Origin: Macrostomum lignano | Lineage: Eukaryota | Length of the DNA stretch: 64,000 nt | Direction of reading: 5' to 3' | Assembly (NCBI GenBank): GCA_002269645.1 | Contig: NIVC01000628.1 | Coordinates: 310,001-374,000, forward strand | In this document: in pieces, positions 63,501 to 64,000 of the stretch | Position numbering within the stretch: the stretch's first letter is position 1 | Layout of the letters: every line of letters begins with the position of its first letter | The notes under the pieces: model-generated | What the model saw: only the letters and a program-made list of their open reading frames with translations | Databases searched by the model: none | What the model was told of the DNA's origin: nothing | Translations under genes and position numbers: made by a program

Positions 63501-64000
63501 TGGGTCCTGGCACCGCGGCACACACGGGCAAAGTGGCCAGGCTTTCCACATTGATTGCAGGTGGCTCTCAGGGCTCGGCAGTCAGCGGGCTTCTGGTGCG
63601 ATCTCAACCCGCAACGCTGACAGCGCTGTTGTCCGAAGTTCTGCTTCTGCCTCATAACCGAATTAACGTTGACAGAGCCGGAGCTATCCGGATGGCAGTG
63701 AGCTTCATCAGCCGTAGTCAGACCCGCGGTCGACAGCGACCTAGCCTGGTGCACCACTGAATCCACAAGAGTCGAGTGAGCAGCAGCCTGGGACCCAGCT
63801 GAAAAGTTGCTGACCATCAGCAGCTGCTGAACATATTCTGTGACCTGATCGACCGTCAGTTCTTGAGTAACTTCACGCTCGAGCACCTTGTTCCTGATGT
63901 TCGAGTTGGCCAGACCGGCAATGAGCCGCATCTTGATGAGCGCTTCGGCGGGGTCCGCTCCTTCCTTTTTCAGGCTCTCGAACTCGCATACGACGGCTTG
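60596..64000 (-). CDS. Ty3/Gypsy gag-pol polyprotein (single frame, open to the window edge): two CCHC knuckles, protease, RT, RNase H, integrase
   Basis: CQRCGLRSHQKPADC and CNQCGKPGHFARVC; DSGAS protease; LDLSDAYYQV and YQDD (RT); VDAS and IEREVLAIVWAV (RNase H); AHDEVH..CQLC, VHMDH, VSDNAP (integrase). Domain order PR-RT-RH-IN. The frame stays open from 63931 to 64000. Confidence 0.95.
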   Translation of the reverse strand, partial: QAVVCEFESLKKEGADPAEALIKMRLIAGLANSNIRNKVLEREVTQELTVDQVTEYVQQLLMVSNFSAGSQAAAHSTLVDSVVHQARSLSTAGLTTADEAHCHPDSSGSVNVNSVMRQKQNFGQQRCQRCGLRSHQKPADCRALRATCNQCGKPGHFARVCRGARTHFAAPAEAVGTQLSPEDSYRDEPVFYCGEGKPAEFCTVKINHREVLMEKDSGASCSLISRRIWNELGRPPLKSAKSRMLAYDGHVMRQMGVLECLVETTGNIGRFKAAELPVIDCQQEFGLLGRNLLVLAPVHHASSDESAASNRYESLLGISGATGEIRLCAGARPIFQAARELPLALKHLVKKELDLMESAGIVEKVMSSEWGSPIVVTVKSDRASVRICGDYSAVNRLVQDQTFLTPSIETAFSKMANKKLFCRLDLSDAYYQVPLDEESKAVTTINTPFGCYRFNRLPYGIKVSPSVFQRVMEKLLGDHPCVIVYQDDVLIGAASRAELQKIREQVLNKLKAANVKINEAKCVMEANSLKFLGHIIDDEGIKPDPGMVKRVMDVEVPKTKKDLERFLGLAQFYGRLVPNFSEKCRPLQELRRGDRVFEWNAVAEAAFSEVKRSLASNPCIKPFDVSAPVCLRVDASEKSLGAVLVQSGHPVMFMSRALTQAETNYSNIEREVLAIVWAVERARKMLLGKKFILQTDHEPLKFILNPCKNLPKTVSARLTRWALRLSAYDYEIEYVPGKKMQDADALSRLSFENLDPETESVHQTEWITDGGLVTVEELRESTSQCSLLQRLQQRIRTGRWGQVSQLERPYKACWEALSVENGLVIHGTRVVPPTILRRRILETAHDEVHLSAENTKAHVSKEFWWPGLDRDVRQFVERCQLCAERRPVVQRKIDIWPSESEPWSRVHMDHCEVPGVGLLLLLSDAYSGWPEAVQVPDRSAGSVLRVLRAVFARNGVPRTLVSDNAPEFRSERVSQWLNSVGCQEMLVRSLKGGLKTWTKVVPFDQFLQKLLLTIRTSRPSGNCSSSPDILMWGRRLRHPLTMTEQVGDSIWLRARPGTAPVPAKFIVQHGRNTALVTSADLPDGGLRMAHANQWSCRPEAEADRRLTEAAGSEDQAGLSIQGAKAGSDSELREP

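Noticed and set aside
60783-63760. + strand and alternate-frame ORFs over the Gypsy element, and antisense ORFs over the RanBP3, zinc-finger and B56 exons
   Set aside because: These are shadow ORFs of GC-rich coding sequence with no independent motifs.

Overview
Animal genomic DNA: GC-rich, Ala/Ser-rich exons, introns filled with intron-specific minisatellites, and AT-rich spacers. The style fits a flatworm such as Macrostomum, but that is inference only. Spliced genes rebuilt by hand from GT-AG sites and reading frame: RanBP3-like (-, 3382-6472), golgin-84/GOLGA5 (+, 7 exons, 12718-20490), a multi-C2H2 zinc-finger gene (+, 21907-26134), an uncharacterised short gene (-, 46619-48500) and a PP2A B56 regulatory subunit (-, 6 exons, 52583-57706). 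A direct tandem duplication of about 15.4 kb (15747-31193 / 31198-46491) breaks inside two unrelated minisatellites. It creates a second intact zinc-finger gene and a 5'-truncated GOLGA5 copy (exons 4-7). The copies look identical over their first ~11 kb of unique sequence but carry many SNPs and indels in the last ~4 kb. Mobile DNA: two hAT-type MITEs with 8-bp TSDs, a TIR element with a 6-bp TSD, a tRNA-headed CORE-like SINE, an inverted pair of hammerhead-like motifs, and a Ty3/Gypsy element (gag-pol, PPT, 3' LTR) running off the right edge. No CRISPR, rRNA or convincing tRNA gene was found. All homology calls rest on recalled motifs, not database searches.
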